DNA from: Candidatus Zixiibacteriota bacterium
GTDB taxonomy: Bacteria > Zixibacteria > MSB-5A5 > GN15 > FEB-12
Assembly (NCBI GenBank): GCA_041742355.1
Contig: JBGSIV010000206.1
Span: 1 to 26,704 of the forward strand
Direction of reading: 5' to 3'
Length of the DNA stretch: 26,704 nucleotides
This document shows, piece by piece, positions 25,323 through 26,704 of the stretch; within the stretch, counting starts at the first letter, position 1, and each line of letters opens with the position of its first letter. Position numbers and translations under genes: made by a program. The notes below the pieces were generated by a model. That model saw only the letters and a program-made list of their open reading frames with translations, was not told the DNA's origin and made no database searches.

Positions 25323-26704
25323 ATGAGTCCACAAACCAATCGCAACATCCTTATCGGCATGGCCGCCGGGGTGGTGTTGGGCGCCGTGGCCGGCGCCGTG
25401 ATCCCCGACGCTATGCTCCTGTTCGGAGTGGTCGGCCGCCTCTTTGTCAACGCCCTGCAGATTCTCCTGCTGCCGTTGATTCCGGCCGTCATCATCGCCG
25501 GCATCGCCGGCCTGGGCCATGCGTCCAAACTGGGCCGCGCAGCGGTCTCGACCGTCCTGTATTTCGTAGCGACCACCGCCATCGCCGTGGTCATCGGCAC
25601 CGTGCTGGTGCTCTTATTCAATCCCGGCGGTTCGACCGCCCCGGATGGCGCCTTCATCCCCGACATGGTCGCCCGGGCTCGCGCCACCAGCGTCACCGAC
25701 ATGTTCGGCGCCTTCATTCCCGAGAATCTGATCAGTTCGCTCGGATCGGGCCAGTACCTTGGCCTGGTGGTGCTTTCGCTCGTCTTTGGCGCGGTCATCT
25801 GCGCCATGGGCGCGCGCGCCAAAGTCGTGGTTGACTTCTTCAAGGCGATCGCCGACATCACTCTGCACATCGCGACCTACGTCCTCTACGCCGCCCCGAT
25901 CGGCCTGTTCGTACTGGTCGGCAGCGCGGTAGCGCGCAATCCCGAGGCCATCTCCAGCGTCGGCGGCAACCTCCTGTGGCTGACAATCACGTTCCTGCTG
26001 GCGATTCTGCTCCACGGTCTCGTGGTGCTTCCCCTCATGCTCCGTTTTCTCGGCCACCGCAGTCCGGTGGAGTACGGCGGTAAGACGATGCCCGCGCTCA
26101 TGACGGCTTTCGGTACGGCGTCATCCGCGGCCGCGCTGCCCGTGACATTCCGCAATGTGGTCGACGACAGCCATGTCGATGCCCGCGCCGGGGCGCTCGT
26201 GTTGCCGCTGGGGGTCTCGATGAACGCCAACGGCACGGCCATCTACCTCGTGATCGCCGCGATTTTCACCGCGCAGATGTTCGGCCTGTCGCTTTCGATC
26301 TTTCAGGTGATTGCAATTGCGCTGGTGTCGGTTCTGCTGTCGCTGGGGACTGCCGGCGCGCCCGGCATGGCGCTGTTTTCCCTGACCGTGCTCTTTGCCA
26401 CGTTGCAGTTTCCGGTTGAAGCGTACGGCGTCATCGGGCTGCTGGTGGTCGTCGACTGGCTTTTTGACCGGGGCCGGGCCATGTTGAATGCCTGGGGTGA
26501 CATTGTCGGCGCCGCCATTATCGGTGAATCATTCGAATTTAAGACAGCGCGCGCCTCGCGCATCGTAACCGAGAGCCCGATGCATCATCGGGATCGTGCG
26601 CCGGAGCGACGTGACCGTCGGCCAAGCGAAGGAGATTCCCGTCGTGGTCCGCGGGATGCGGCCCGTGAGCGGACGCCGCGCGGCCGGGGTCGCACATCGG
26701 AGCG
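25323..26704 (+). CDS. Dicarboxylate/amino acid:cation symporter (DAACS/SLC1 family), 3'-truncated; absent from the ORF track
   Basis: Manual translation: MSPQTNRNILIGMAAGVVLG...GRLFVNAL...FIPENL...APIGLF...AFGTASSAAALP...VLPLGVSMNANGTAIY...GTAGAPG...VDWLFDRGRAMLNAWGD; no stop before the window end; AAGGA RBS. Confidence 0.92.
   Translation, partial: MSPQTNRNILIGMAAGVVLGAVAGAVIPDAMLLFGVVGRLFVNALQILLLPLIPAVIIAGIAGLGHASKLGRAAVSTVLYFVATTAIAVVIGTVLVLLFNPGGSTAPDGAFIPDMVARARATSVTDMFGAFIPENLISSLGSGQYLGLVVLSLVFGAVICAMGARAKVVVDFFKAIADITLHIATYVLYAAPIGLFVLVGSAVARNPEAISSVGGNLLWLTITFLLAILLHGLVVLPLMLRFLGHRSPVEYGGKTMPALMTAFGTASSAAALPVTFRNVVDDSHVDARAGALVLPLGVSMNANGTAIYLVIAAIFTAQMFGLSLSIFQVIAIALVSVLLSLGTAGAPGMALFSLTVLFATLQFPVEAYGVIGLLVVVDWLFDRGRAMLNAWGDIVGAAIIGESFEFKTARASRIVTESPMHHRDRAPERRDRRPSEGDSRRGPRDAARERTPRGRGRTSE

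Noticed and set aside
25116..26563. Several minus-strand ORFs in the ORF track
   Set aside because: All are antisense to the DAACS gene or its leader; that gene is missing from the track only because its stop lies outside the window.

Overview
GC-rich bacterial chromosomal window with about 14 genes and no recognisable RNA gene, CRISPR array, transposase or phage gene. The many secreted proteins ending in C-C-x-x-RGD/GDVN...DLTxLVxxLF dockerin repeats resemble candidate division Zixibacteria (FCB group); this is an inference. Housekeeping genes: RlmL-like THUMP methyltransferase, RarA, NCS2 nucleobase permease, LtaS-family sulfatase, PQQ/sorbosone dehydrogenase lipoprotein, twin-retropepsin PDZ protease, DUF3078-like barrel, Cache-domain chemoreceptor, and a truncated DAACS transporter that the ORF track misses. 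Most notable observations: (1) four dockerin-bearing secreted proteins, two of them tandem paralogues that combine Cys-rich cohesin-like modules with two different dockerin types, a candidate non-cellulosomal self-assembling scaffold; (2) an identical 12-bp sequence spanning the probable start codons of two divergent genes, forming an inverted repeat around their shared promoter region (candidate promoter-swapping inversion or shared operator); (3) a mosaic cluster of different GTAG/GTCAT-headed REP-like hairpins, one duplicated 2440 bp away so that it brackets a UDG-like gene plus NCS2 permease; (4) a DAACS transporter with NMDGT changed to NANGT and an Arg/Asp-rich disordered tail.
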